From Candidatus Saccharimonadia bacterium (GTDB lineage Bacteria > Patescibacteriota > Saccharimonadia > UBA4664): a DNA stretch of 64,000 bases. Position numbers and translations under genes: made by a program. The notes below the pieces were generated by a model. That model made no database searches and was not told the DNA's origin. It saw only the letters and a program-made list of their open reading frames with translations. The DNA is taken from the NCBI GenBank assembly GCA_035544015.1, contig DATKIP010000064.1, positions 2,131 to 66,130 on the forward strand. Reading direction: 5' to 3'. Below are positions 40,678 to 50,315 of the stretch, one piece after another; the first letter of the stretch is position 1, and the number at the start of each line of letters is the position of its first letter.

Positions 40678-41714
40678 TTCCTTCCGCCATTTTTAAACTT
40701 ACCCTCTGGTACCTGGGTATCATCCTCGTACTCTCGAGTCTTTTTAGTTTGGCATTGTATCGCGAATCGGTGTCCCAAATCACCGAAAACGCCGACCATC
40801 AACGCACCGCCGTGATGCGGCTGCCGCTTCCGGGAGCCTTTGAGCCCCGTCGGACCGAATTCCTCCAAGCGCTCGATCGCCAGCTCGACCTCGACCAGCG
40901 CCGCATCATTTTGCGGCTCCTCGCGCTCAACCTGTCCACCCTGCTGCTCGGCGGCGCGGCTTCGTACTTCCTGGCCCGCCGTACCTTGCGCCCCATCCAT
41001 CACGCCATGGAAGCCCAGGGCCGGTTCACCGCCGACGCCTCCCACGAGCTGCGCACCCCTCTCACCGCCATGCGCTCCGAGATCGAGGTAGCGCTGCGCC
41101 AAAAGCAGCTCACCGCCGCCGAGGCCCGCGAGCTGCTCACCAGTAACCTCGAAGAGATCGCCAAGCTCGAGGCGCTCTCATCCGGTCTGCTGCGCCTCGC
41201 CCGCTTCGAGGGCGGGCTCGATCCCGCGGCCGTCAGCCAGGTGCCGGTGGCCGACCTCTTCAGTGAGGCCATCCACCGCTTCCAGGCCCTCATCACCGAG
41301 CGCAAGCTCAACATCGCCACGGTTACGGGTGAATTAACCGTCGCCGGCGACCGCGACAGCCTCATTGAACTCGTCGCCATTCTGCTCGACAATGCCATTA
41401 AATACAGCCCACCCGAATCCACCATCAGTCTGGGAGCTCAACCGTCGAACCACTTCGTAAGAATGAGCGTGGCCGACGAAGGCGTCGGCATCAAGCCCGC
41501 CGACATTCCCCACATCTTCGACCGCTTCTACCGCGCCGATCGTTCCCGCTCCAAGCACAAAATTAACGGCTACGGCCTCGGCCTCTCCATTGCCAAACGC
41601 ATCGTCGACCTCCATCACGGCACCATCGTCGTCGAGAGCACTCCGGGCAAGGGGACCATGTTCAAAATCAAGCTCCCCGCCGAGTACACAGCCAAGCAAT
41701 CGCTGCTGAGCTAA
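40674..41714 (+). CDS. Sensor histidine kinase (HisKA + HATPase_c), two TM segments
   Basis: H-box ADASHELRTPLT; N/G boxes LLDNAIKYS, DEGVGI, GYGLGLSI; 4-bp overlap with the response regulator. Confidence 0.85.
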   Translation: MIPSAIFKLTLWYLGIILVLSSLFSLALYRESVSQITENADHQRTAVMRLPLPGAFEPRRTEFLQALDRQLDLDQRRIILRLLALNLSTLLLGGAASYFLARRTLRPIHHAMEAQGRFTADASHELRTPLTAMRSEIEVALRQKQLTAAEARELLTSNLEEIAKLEALSSGLLRLARFEGGLDPAAVSQVPVADLFSEAIHRFQALITERKLNIATVTGELTVAGDRDSLIELVAILLDNAIKYSPPESTISLGAQPSNHFVRMSVADEGVGIKPADIPHIFDRFYRADRSRSKHKINGYGLGLSIAKRIVDLHHGTIVVESTPGKGTMFKIKLPAEYTAKQSLLS

Positions 41715-41752
41715 AATCTAACCCATCTATCACGAGTCCCCCAAATGGAAAG

Positions 41753-41817
41753 CCCGTCCGGGCGAGGCCTCCATGCCATGCCGAAGCATGGTGGATTGCC
41801 TCGCCCAAACGGGCGGG
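41753..41817. terminator. Long imperfect GC-rich hairpin between convergent genes (CCCGTCCGGGCGAGGC ... GCCTCGCCCAAACGGGCGGG)
   Basis: Inverted repeat seen in sequence; no clean T-tract. Confidence 0.3.
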
Positions 41818-41823
41818 TGACGC

Positions 41824-42306
41824 CTAGGTTCCGGCGTCGGCGGTGGAGGGGTCACCGACTGTGATGGTATCGGCGCTGGCGATGTATTTGCCGCCAGTCA
41901 GCCGAACCGACCCTTCCACGGTCACCTTCCGGCCCAACAGATCAGCCAGCCGGACGGGCTTCCCCGCGGAGTCGACGATCTTCGTGGAGTCCGCGAGCGA
42001 GATGGCAGAGCGCCGGTAGGCGTCGGTGAAGTGATAGTGCGCCGCCAGAGCGTCGGCGCGGATGACCGTGACGTCGTTCTGCAGGACCAGGGTCTTGTCG
42101 GATACCGACAGCGTAGTGGCGGTGACCGCGTAGCCGTTGCCGGCCGCAGTGCGATCGTCCGCGCTCCGGTGGGAGGCGGCCGCAGCAAGCCCCCAGGCCA
42201 TCCCCGCTGCGAGGGCCAAGGCGCCCAAACCGCCGAGCACCCCCATCACGATCGTGACCGCGATCGACCCCCGGTCGCCCTTTACTCGTTTCAGTAACCC
42301 GAACAT
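41824..42306 (-). CDS. Membrane-anchored hypothetical protein
   Basis: Start MFGLLKRVKGDRG with a GAGGGGTG SD; one TM; no recognisable domain. Confidence 0.45.
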   Translation of the reverse strand: MFGLLKRVKGDRGSIAVTIVMGVLGGLGALALAAGMAWGLAAAASHRSADDRTAAGNGYAVTATTLSVSDKTLVLQNDVTVIRADALAAHYHFTDAYRRSAISLADSTKIVDSAGKPVRLADLLGRKVTVEGSVRLTGGKYIASADTITVGDPSTADAGT

Positions 42307-42552
42307 GGCCACACCCCTCACTTGAACAAGCACAATGGTGTGCTATCCCAGGACAATTGGTTGACTGCCCCATTCGGATGCAAGAAGCATCAGTATCGAG
42401 TAGCCAGCCAGAATCAGAATTGCAAATTATACAACAGAAATCCTTATTAAGCAATAGAGAGAGAAATCTCATAGCGCAAACTCGCCTTGCTATAAGCATT
42501 TCCTCAGAATTCCCAGCGTAGACTTACCATCAAGCAATCAAGGAGCCTGTTC

Positions 42553-43920
42553 ATGAGTACCGTAACCCGCGGGGTGCGCAACGCCTTCCGCAACGCCGTC
42601 CGGACTTCATCGGTCGTGTTGCTGCTCGGTGTGGCTAGCGCCTTGGCGCTCGCCCTGCTGTTGGCCAATCAGGCCGTTAGGACCAAAATCACCGACCTCA
42701 AACGCAGCGCTGCCACCACGCTCACCGTGCGGCCGGCCGGCTCATTCGACGGCGAGGGCGGGGGAGAGCCGCTCACCACCGCCGACACCGCCAAGCTCAA
42801 GGCCCTGGCACATGTACAGGCTGTTAACCAAACCCTGGGCCTCGGCGGCGGCCGTGCGACATTTAGCGCCGGCGGCCAGGTGGAAGTCCCCACTTCAAAT
42901 GTTAGCCTGGATTCATCCATTGACCCCGGCACCCTGGGCCGCCGCCGGTTTGGCGGCACAGACAGTAGCAATGCGCCCGCGCCCACCTTCAAGCTGCCCG
43001 TGAGTCTCACCGGCATCGACGGCAACCTCGACCGCCAGGGCCAGCCGCTCAAAATTACCTCCGGTACCACCACTTTTAGCGCGCCGGACGCTACCGAAGC
43101 CATCGTGGGGCAGGGGATAGCCACCAAAAACAATCTCAAGGTAGGCTCCACGTTCACGGCCTACAGCACCACGGTAAAAGTCGTTGGTATCACTGACGCC
43201 GGCAACCAGTTTAGCAACGACGCCGTCATGGTGCCGCTCGCCACCGCCCAAAAACTCAGTGGCCAAACCGGCGAGATCAGCGAGCTCTACATTCAGGCCG
43301 ACTCCGTTGAGAACATCGACGCGGTCAAAACCGCCGCCGGCAATGCCCTCGGCTCTGGTCGGGTCGACATCACCTCGGCAGCCCAAAACACCAATGACGC
43401 CGTCGCCGCCCTCGCCGGCATCGAGCGCATCTCCCTGGTGGGCAGCATCGGCGCCATGGCCGCCGCCGCCGTCATCCTCTTCCTCGTCATGGTCATGATC
43501 GTACGGGAGCGCCGCCGCGAGATCGGCGTGCTCAAGGCCATCGGCGCCTCCAATGTGAGCGTGGTGAGCTTGTTTGTGACCGAAGCCCTGGTGCTTACGC
43601 TGTGTGGCTCGCTGCTCGGCCTGACCCTGGCCGCCGGCACCTCAAACCAGATCACCGGCGCACTCATCAGCGCCAACCAGCCGGCCGCCACCGACACCAA
43701 TACGCCGGGTGGCCCGAGGGGCCGCGGCGGGTTCGTCACGCGTATCGGCACCACCGCCCAATCCGCCGAGCAGCTGCTCACCGGCGTTAAAACCACCCTC
43801 GGCGGCACGTTCTTGCTCGAGGGCCTAGCCGTCACCATCGGTATCGCCATCCTCGGCAGCGCCGTTCCCGCCTGGCTCATTGCCAAAGTTCGGCCAGCCG
43901 AAGTAATGCGAGGGGAATAA
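42553..43920 (+). CDS. ABC transporter permease, MacB/FtsX-like (N-terminal TM, large periplasmic domain, C-terminal FtsX 3-TM bundle)
   Basis: Topology and the FtsX-domain C-terminus (RRREIGVLKAIGAS...). Confidence 0.8.
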   Translation: MSTVTRGVRNAFRNAVRTSSVVLLLGVASALALALLLANQAVRTKITDLKRSAATTLTVRPAGSFDGEGGGEPLTTADTAKLKALAHVQAVNQTLGLGGGRATFSAGGQVEVPTSNVSLDSSIDPGTLGRRRFGGTDSSNAPAPTFKLPVSLTGIDGNLDRQGQPLKITSGTTTFSAPDATEAIVGQGIATKNNLKVGSTFTAYSTTVKVVGITDAGNQFSNDAVMVPLATAQKLSGQTGEISELYIQADSVENIDAVKTAAGNALGSGRVDITSAAQNTNDAVAALAGIERISLVGSIGAMAAAAVILFLVMVMIVRERRREIGVLKAIGASNVSVVSLFVTEALVLTLCGSLLGLTLAAGTSNQITGALISANQPAATDTNTPGGPRGRGGFVTRIGTTAQSAEQLLTGVKTTLGGTFLLEGLAVTIGIAILGSAVPAWLIAKVRPAEVMRGE

Positions 43921-43930
43921 GGAAACCACC

Positions 43931-44644
43931 ATGCTCAAAGTCACCCATCTCACCAAAACCTTTGCCTCTGCCGGTCAGTCGGTGCACGCCGTCCATGACG
44001 TCAGCTTCACCGTCGATGAAGGCGTATTCGCCGCCATCGTGGGCAAAAGTGGCTCGGGCAAAAGCACGCTGCTGGCCTTGCTAGGCGCGCTCGATGCCCC
44101 CACCTCCGGCACGATCGAAGTCGGTGGCCAGGACATCACCAAACTATCGGACCGCCAGCTCATCAAATACCGCCTCACCCGTATCGGTTTCGTATTTCAG
44201 GGCTATAACCTCATTCCCAACCTCACCGCGCTCGAAAACGTGATGCTGCCCATGGAGTTCGCCGGCGTCGCGGTGGGCGAGCGCCACACCCGGGCCGGCC
44301 AGTTGCTGGAGCAAGTCGGGCTCACCGAAGCCGAGTACGACCGCAAACCCGCGCGCCTCTCGGGCGGCCAGCAGCAGCGCGTCGCGATCGCCCGAGCGCT
44401 CGCCAATCGGCCCCGATTAATCCTCGCCGACGAACCCACCGGCAATCTCGACTCGGCTACCGGCAAGCTCATCGTGAATTTGCTCCATAGCCTCGCTCGT
44501 GAGCACAAAACCACCATTATCGCTGTCACTCACGATCTCGAAATCGCCCGCCAGACCGACGTCACCCTCACCATTTCCGACGGGCAGCTCATTAAAAGCC
44601 ATCCCCGCCCTCGCACTGCCGCCGGACACCCCAAAACTACATAG
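43931..44644 (+). CDS. ABC transporter ATP-binding protein (MacB/LolD-type)
   Basis: Walker A GKSGSGKST, signature LSGGQQQRV, Walker B LILADEPTGNLD. Confidence 0.9.
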   Translation: MLKVTHLTKTFASAGQSVHAVHDVSFTVDEGVFAAIVGKSGSGKSTLLALLGALDAPTSGTIEVGGQDITKLSDRQLIKYRLTRIGFVFQGYNLIPNLTALENVMLPMEFAGVAVGERHTRAGQLLEQVGLTEAEYDRKPARLSGGQQQRVAIARALANRPRLILADEPTGNLDSATGKLIVNLLHSLAREHKTTIIAVTHDLEIARQTDVTLTISDGQLIKSHPRPRTAAGHPKTT

Positions 44645-44691
44645 GCGATTTTATATCACATATGGGTTCAGATTAATATCTTATATGTCAG

Positions 44692-44901
44692 CTAGGGCTC
44701 CCGCCCGTCGCCCCGCCGCTTGGCAATCTCACCGCGCACTCGTTCCAGCAGCCGCTTGGCCCAATCATATTCGCGTGCCCACAGCGCCACCCCCGCCGCA
44801 ATCGCCAGCAAACCAGGGCCGGGCGTCACGAGCATCACGAGCCCGGCCAGCACCAACACGCCGCCACTCACACTCCAGACCGATTTGCTCAATACTGACA
44901 T
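44692..44901 (-). CDS. PGPGW-motif small transmembrane protein
   Basis: VTPGPGLLAIAAG motif in a 69-aa two-TM protein. Confidence 0.55.
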   Translation of the reverse strand: MSVLSKSVWSVSGGVLVLAGLVMLVTPGPGLLAIAAGVALWAREYDWAKRLLERVRGEIAKRRGDGREP

Positions 44902-44932
44902 ATCCCCATTGTACTCTGTGCTAGGTTATACT

Positions 44933-45481
44933 ATGACCATGTCAAAACGCGTACTCTTTGGCTTGGCCGCGCTGGCCCTCGCCGCCGCGAGCATTTACTT
45001 CCGTGCCGGCAACACTCGCACGGCCCGCCTTCACGCCGATCAAATCGTCGCCGCCGACACTGTCGCGGCCGATACCACCACGCAACTCGCTGCGCTCAAG
45101 ACCTTTGTGGCCGACCACATGGGCGCCTCGGTCACCTTCACGCTCCAGGGCTCCTACGACCGCGCCGTCGCGGCCGCCACAGCCGCCGCCGCTGTCCCCG
45201 ATCCCAATGCCCAGGTGTACGCCGCCGCCCAGAAGGCCTGCAGCGGCAAGAGCGACTCACTCACCCTGGCCCGCTGCAATCAGGCGTATCTGGCTCAGCA
45301 CCTCTCGACCGCGCCTACGCCTGCCCCCGTGCCGGCGCCGCGCGCGGCCGATTACCGCCGCACCTTCACCGCCCCGCTCTGGACCCCCGATCTGGCCGGC
45401 GCGTTGCTTGCTGGTGCGGTCGCCGCCCTCATCCTCGGCAACAAAAGGAGAAAACGCTCATGGCTTCCGAAATCTCACTAA
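44933..45481 (+). CDS. Secreted/membrane-anchored hypothetical protein
   Basis: Signal peptide MSKRVLFGLAALALAAASIYF.., a C-terminal TM and a basic tail. Confidence 0.5.
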   Translation: MTMSKRVLFGLAALALAAASIYFRAGNTRTARLHADQIVAADTVAADTTTQLAALKTFVADHMGASVTFTLQGSYDRAVAAATAAAAVPDPNAQVYAAAQKACSGKSDSLTLARCNQAYLAQHLSTAPTPAPVPAPRAADYRRTFTAPLWTPDLAGALLAGAVAALILGNKRRKRSWLPKSH

Positions 45482-46068
45482 CCAAACGGCTGCTGGCCGT
45501 ACTGCTCCCCACGCCGATCCAAGCAATCCTAGCGATTGGCGGCGCCCTCGCCTTTCTGGTCTTCGAGCAAATCGATCAGGTGCTATCGCTCCTGGGTATC
45601 GGTGATGTCGCCCTCAATGCCGCCGGCAGCGAGCTCCATAGCCGGTTCCAGAGCATCCTGACCTCGCAGGTGGCCTCATCGGCGGCGCTCGTGACCTTCT
45701 GGGCCACCATTGGCCTCATCGCCTACCTCGTGTGCTGGAGCCTGTACAACGTGCTCATCGAAGCCCGCAACGAAGTCACCCTCGAAACCCAATACACCAA
45801 CCGCGGCCGCCGCTACACCCACCTCCAAACCCTCGGCCTCAAGGTCCTCGGCGCCGGCCTTCTGCTCGGTCTCGTCGCCCTGCTCAAGCCGGGGCTCGCC
45901 CTCTGGCTGGCCTTGTGGGTGCCCCTTTTGGGGGGCTTCACCGCCATGAGCGTGCTCAATGCCTTCGGCGCTGTCTTGGGCCTAGCCCTACACCTTTATC
46001 TCATTCTGGCGGTCGGTTTATTGACCTTTACCCCGTGGTATCACTCCGAACCCTTTACAGACCGCTAG
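45460..46068 (+). CDS. Polytopic membrane hypothetical protein
   Basis: Four or five hydrophobic helices; overlaps the upstream gene by 22 bp. Confidence 0.45.
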   Translation: MASEISLTKRLLAVLLPTPIQAILAIGGALAFLVFEQIDQVLSLLGIGDVALNAAGSELHSRFQSILTSQVASSAALVTFWATIGLIAYLVCWSLYNVLIEARNEVTLETQYTNRGRRYTHLQTLGLKVLGAGLLLGLVALLKPGLALWLALWVPLLGGFTAMSVLNAFGAVLGLALHLYLILAVGLLTFTPWYHSEPFTDR

Positions 46069-46166
46069 TTTTGGGCTATAATGCCTGCGTTAATGTTAAT
46101 CCGCCCCGAAGGCGGAATTGTCGTCCCGGCCCCAAAGCTTGGCGATGTAAGTGGAGCCAAGTATAA

Positions 46167-46430
46167 GTGGCCAAGAAACTGTTTGTCGGCAACCTGCCGT
46201 ATACAACTACCAATGAAGAGCTCGGTGAGTTCTTCGCCCAGTACGGAGAAGTTCTCTCCGCCGCGGTAATCATGGATCGCGCCACCGGCCGTTCGAAGGG
46301 CTTCGGCTTTGTCGAGATGACCAACGATCCCGAAGCCGACGCCGCTATCGCCCAGGGCGACGGTGCCGAGTTCGAGGGCCGCAAGCTGACCGTCAGCGAA
46401 GCCCGTCCCAAGACCGAAACTCCTCGCTAA
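46167..46430 (+). CDS. RRM-type RNA-binding protein
   Basis: RNP-2 LFVGNL and RNP-1 KGFGFVEM motifs. Confidence 0.8.
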   Translation: MAKKLFVGNLPYTTTNEELGEFFAQYGEVLSAAVIMDRATGRSKGFGFVEMTNDPEADAAIAQGDGAEFEGRKLTVSEARPKTETPR

Positions 46431-46443
46431 CCAGCGAATCGTC

Positions 46444-46482
46444 CGGTCAAAAAAAGAGCCCCTCGGGGCTCTTTTTTAGTGG
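46444..46482. terminator. Intrinsic bidirectional terminator (A7-GAGCCC-ctcg-GGGCTC-T6), copy 1 of a 39-bp exact direct repeat
   Basis: CGGTCAAAAAAAGAGCCCCTCGGGGCTCTTTTTTAGTGG is identical to 47587-47625. Confidence 0.7.
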
Positions 46483-46540
46483 ATTCAATCAGATGCATGA
46501 CATTGTGGTAATATCATACCCCTGAAGGTAAACTAGAATT

Positions 46541-47560
46541 ATGAAGTTTGTGCGACCCAAGAAGGTTGTATTTTGCAACAACAAAGGCGGAGTGGGCAAA
46601 ACCACTCTAGCATTTCATATTGCCGTTGAATTTTCCAAGAAAGGCTACAAGACTGCACTCATCGACCTCGACCCCCAATGTAACCTGACACTTCAGGCGC
46701 TGAGCCACACATTTTACGAAGATAATCTGTTTACCGAGAATCAGAGAACGGTTTATGACGTGCTCAAGCCAAAAATAGACGGTAGCGGCGATATAGACGC
46801 CTCTATTAATCTCACCCATGTGCGGGAGAATCTCTACATTTTACCCGGCGATATCCAACTTTCGCTTTTCGAGAATATACTGATTGCCAGCTATAATGAA
46901 GCCGCCGCAGGCAACCCGCGAGGGTACTCGGACACGAGCGCCATTGATCGCTACCTAAACGAAGTCGGCGCACGCGAAAAAGTCGATATCTTCATTATCG
47001 ATACCTCCCCGAGCTTAGGGGTTCTAAACCGAGTAATTTTCCTGGGGGCGGAATACTTCGTGGTTCCCGTGACTCCTGATAGCTACAGCGTCCAAGGTAT
47101 AAAAAACCTCGGCAGTGTTTTTGAGATATGGAAAAAGCAATGGAACAATACCGCCAAAGCAGCGGTAGTCGCAGGAAGTACGCCCAGCAATCAGGTCCTC
47201 AAGGGTGACGCCCTCTTTATCGGCTATATCTTGAACTCCTTCAATACATACGACAAGAAGATTGTTAAACGACAGCGGGATTGGACAGAAAACATCCCCG
47301 TAGAGGTCAAACAATATCTATCCGAAAAGCACGGCAGAAATGGGCTTGTAGAAAGGAGCTGGAGTACGCCACTTGGCTCGCTGCAAGATTATGGGCAGTT
47401 GCCTGCAATCTCTATGGAAAACCATTTGGCGATTCAGGAATTTGACCGTGCTAAGGTCCCCGAGCTCAATCTTAAGGGCACCAAGGAGCTACAAGAAAAA
47501 GCCGTCATCGAGATCGACGCCGTGAGTGATAGAATAATCAAGGTACTCGAAAGCTACTAG
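46541..47560 (+). CDS. ParA/MinD-family P-loop ATPase (orphan), low GC
   Basis: Deviant Walker A NNKGGVGKTT; IDLDPQ; ~47% GC against a ~65% genome background. Confidence 0.8.
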   Translation: MKFVRPKKVVFCNNKGGVGKTTLAFHIAVEFSKKGYKTALIDLDPQCNLTLQALSHTFYEDNLFTENQRTVYDVLKPKIDGSGDIDASINLTHVRENLYILPGDIQLSLFENILIASYNEAAAGNPRGYSDTSAIDRYLNEVGAREKVDIFIIDTSPSLGVLNRVIFLGAEYFVVPVTPDSYSVQGIKNLGSVFEIWKKQWNNTAKAAVVAGSTPSNQVLKGDALFIGYILNSFNTYDKKIVKRQRDWTENIPVEVKQYLSEKHGRNGLVERSWSTPLGSLQDYGQLPAISMENHLAIQEFDRAKVPELNLKGTKELQEKAVIEIDAVSDRIIKVLESY

Positions 47561-47586
47561 AATCCTACTCCGCTGCGAACACACTT

Positions 47587-47625
47587 CGGTCAAAAAAAGA
47601 GCCCCTCGGGGCTCTTTTTTAGTGG
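47587..47625. terminator. Intrinsic bidirectional terminator, copy 2 of the 39-bp exact direct repeat
   Basis: Identical to 46444-46482. Confidence 0.7.
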
Positions 47626-47638
47626 GCGTGCGGCTGAA

Positions 47639-48151
47639 TTACTTCTGGCCGCTGGCCTTGTAGTCCGCGATGGCCTTGGCCACTTTGCCGTCATTCTTCA
47701 GGTTTTCCCAGAACAACACTTGCTGACGGCTCACGTACATTACATCCTCAGGTCCGTGGAGCTCGCCACCCAGCTTTGCCAGCGAGACCTGCTGGTTGTT
47801 GGCGGCCGCCGCGGCCGAGGTATCTTTGGGCTGCACCGTTTGCTGCACTTGGAGGTAGTAGATGTCGGTACACTTTACGTAGCTGTTATCGACTTTGGTG
47901 AGTTTACAGAAATACACCTGGCCGTTCGTCAAAAACACTGCCTGGTACTGCTTGCCTTTAACGCCGCTGTCGGCCGTCGCTGCGGCGTAGGCTTTGCTGG
48001 CAAACCATCCCAGCACCGTTAGGCCCACTAACACGAGCACTATGGCTACTACTTTGCTCAACATCCCCCCGCCACCACCGCTCTTGCGGGAGACCGCCGG
48101 CACATCGGCCAATCCGTTATCGGCTACCTGTCCTTGTCGTCGTACGTCCAT
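47639..48151 (-). CDS. Membrane-anchored hypothetical protein
   Basis: Start MDVRRQG; Gly-rich segment then TM VVAIVLVLVGLTVLGWFA; no recognisable domain. Confidence 0.45.
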   Translation of the reverse strand: MDVRRQGQVADNGLADVPAVSRKSGGGGGMLSKVVAIVLVLVGLTVLGWFASKAYAAATADSGVKGKQYQAVFLTNGQVYFCKLTKVDNSYVKCTDIYYLQVQQTVQPKDTSAAAAANNQQVSLAKLGGELHGPEDVMYVSRQQVLFWENLKNDGKVAKAIADYKASGQK

Positions 48152-48332
48152 ACGAAATCTATCTCCACCTAAACTTAGCGTTAGGATTATGTTACATGAG
48201 CACCAATAGAGTGTCCAGGCCGCGGCGTTCTCAGAATTGGCCCAAATTTTGCTTGGCGCGCGCCTCAACACCGGCTATAATCATAAGGACTATAGAGGTG
48301 ACCGTGAACAGCGTGAAAAGGGCGATCCGCTC

Positions 48333-49148
48333 ATGAAACTGCGCAGATTAACCGGCTTGGCGGTCGCCGCTCTCGCGCTGCTCGCCGCCGCACCGGCGCT
48401 GGCCAGCTTGTCGCAGGGCTATGCCACCACCACGGCGATTGCCGCCGGCAGCCTGGTGTCGCTCGATCCCAAGTCGAGCGGCAGCGTGGTGGTGGCCGAC
48501 CTCAACAACGTCGCCCGCCTCTTTGGCGTGGTGGTGCCGCCGTCGTCGGCCTCCATCTCGCTCAGCGGCACCGGATCCGGTCAGGTGCAAGTCACCACCA
48601 CCGGCAGCGCGCTCGTGCTCGTGAGCACGGCCGGCGGCGACATCCACGTGGGCGATTACATTACCATCTCGCAAATCGCCGGCGTCGGCCAGAAAGTCGG
48701 CACCTCGAGCGCGCGAGTCATTGGCACGGCCCAGGCCGACTTCAACGGCAGCGGTGACGGTGTCACCAAGCGCACCGTCGACGACGGCAGCGGCAAAAAA
48801 GAGGTTGCCATCGGCCAAATCCCCATCGTCATCGCCGTCTCCAGTTACACCTCCACCGACGGCAAGCAATCGTATGTGATCCCCAACTGGCTCCAAAACC
48901 TTTCCAACACCCTCGCCGGCAAGGCCGTTTCGCCCATTCGCATCATTATCGCCGGGCTTATTCTCATCGTCGCCATCATCAGCATTAGCGTGTTGCTCTA
49001 TTCGGCCGTGCGCAACAGCATTATCTCGATCGGGCGCAACCCACTATCCAAGGGCGGCGTCTTGCAGGGCATGTTGGCGGTCGGCGGGTTCGCCTTGTTG
49101 ATTCTGGCCGTCACGGCGGTAGCAATGTATCTGGTGATATCGAGGTGA
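48333..49148 (+). CDS. Secreted protein with a C-terminal two-helix hairpin resembling an ATP synthase c-subunit (loop GRNP) but lacking the conserved carboxylate; first gene of the atp cluster
   Basis: Signal peptide MKLRRLTGLAVAALALLAAAPALA. C-terminus IIIAGLILIVAIISISVLLYSAVRNSIISIGRNPLSKGGVLQGMLAVGGFALLILAVTAVAMYLVI. Its stop overlaps the atpF start (GTGA). Confidence 0.45.
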   Translation: MKLRRLTGLAVAALALLAAAPALASLSQGYATTTAIAAGSLVSLDPKSSGSVVVADLNNVARLFGVVVPPSSASISLSGTGSGQVQVTTTGSALVLVSTAGGDIHVGDYITISQIAGVGQKVGTSSARVIGTAQADFNGSGDGVTKRTVDDGSGKKEVAIGQIPIVIAVSSYTSTDGKQSYVIPNWLQNLSNTLAGKAVSPIRIIIAGLILIVAIISISVLLYSAVRNSIISIGRNPLSKGGVLQGMLAVGGFALLILAVTAVAMYLVISR

Positions 49149-49741
49149 ATATGGAAGTTCTCATTTTAGCAGTCGTAATCGTGATTATGCTCATCGTCGT
49201 AGTGGTGCAAAACGTTCAGCTGCGCGGGGCCACCAAAATTCGGGCCGCAGCCGCCGGTCAGCCCAAGCCCATCAAGATCTCCGAGCCCACCGCCGTCGAG
49301 CTCGAAGCCAAACTAAAAGCCGCCTACGAAGCCAAAATCGCCGAAGCGTCGCAGGGCTTTGGCGTCGACCTCAAGGCCACCTCCACGCGCCTCGGCGAAC
49401 AGGTCTCGCGCCTCACCACCACCGTGATCGAGGAGGAGCTCGAGGCCTACCAGAAGACGCTCGAGGAAGTCCGCCACGCCGCCACCGAGGCCATGGAGCA
49501 AATCCACCAAGCCGTCGAGCACCAGCGCGTGGAGCTCCACGCCGGCATGGAGGCCGAGCTGGCCGAAGAAAAAAAGCACCTGGCCGACAAATTCGACGCC
49601 AAAATCGGCGACGTCGTATCGAGCTATGTTTCCGAAGCCCTGGGCAGCGGCGTTGACCTCGGCGCGCAGATGCAGTTCATTCTCACGAGCCTCGAGGCGC
49701 ACAAAGAAGAAATCCGAAAGGACCTCCTCAATGGCATCTGA
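49145..49741 (+). CDS. atpF: F-type ATP synthase subunit b
   Basis: One N-terminal TM then a long charged coiled-coil (EAKLKAAYEAKIAEA...); its position in the operon fits. Confidence 0.7.
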   Translation: MNMEVLILAVVIVIMLIVVVVQNVQLRGATKIRAAAAGQPKPIKISEPTAVELEAKLKAAYEAKIAEASQGFGVDLKATSTRLGEQVSRLTTTVIEEELEAYQKTLEEVRHAATEAMEQIHQAVEHQRVELHAGMEAELAEEKKHLADKFDAKIGDVVSSYVSEALGSGVDLGAQMQFILTSLEAHKEEIRKDLLNGI

Positions 49742-50315
49742 ACCAATCCCCTCAACCACCTCCGCTGCACCCGCCATGCCGCCCGTAGCAACCGCGCCGG
49801 TTCCAGCGGCCACCCCCGTAGCGCCCGCCTCTGCGCCACCAGTATTCGAATTACCCCCCGCCATTTACAGTCCGGCGCTGCTCGAATCCGTCATCTACGA
49901 CCTCCAATATTACCTCGACTGGACCCGCCAAAACCAAATCCGCAAAACTGTGGGCGCCAAAGCCAAAGAAGAGCCCAGCCACTCGGCCGAAACCGTACTC
50001 GTCATTAAAGCCTGGCAGGGGAATGCGCCCGCCACCCTCGACAGCCTCGAACAGCTCCTCGCCTACCTGCGCGGGCTCAAATTGCCCGAAATTCACATCA
50101 TGCTAGCCGCCCTACCCAACCACGCACAGCGCGAGACCATCGTGAGTTGGTTCCACGCCAACGTGTCGCCGCGCCTCCTGCTCTCGTTCGTCGCCGACCG
50201 CAACTTGGGCGGTGGGCTGGTGGTGCGCACTCCCAACCGAGTGTTTGATTACACCTGGAAGCAGCAGCTGGTGGCCGGTCGCAGCAAAATGGCGGAGATA
50301 TTAAAACGTGTTTGA
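49731..50315 (+). CDS. atpH: F-type ATP synthase subunit delta (OSCP), divergent with Pro/Ala-rich N-terminus
   Basis: C-terminal OSCP motif RNLGGGLVVRTPNRVFDYTWKQQL. Overlaps atpF by 11 bp. The ORF-track start 49626 is rejected. Confidence 0.6.
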   Translation: MASEPIPSTTSAAPAMPPVATAPVPAATPVAPASAPPVFELPPAIYSPALLESVIYDLQYYLDWTRQNQIRKTVGAKAKEEPSHSAETVLVIKAWQGNAPATLDSLEQLLAYLRGLKLPEIHIMLAALPNHAQRETIVSWFHANVSPRLLLSFVADRNLGGGLVVRTPNRVFDYTWKQQLVAGRSKMAEILKRV

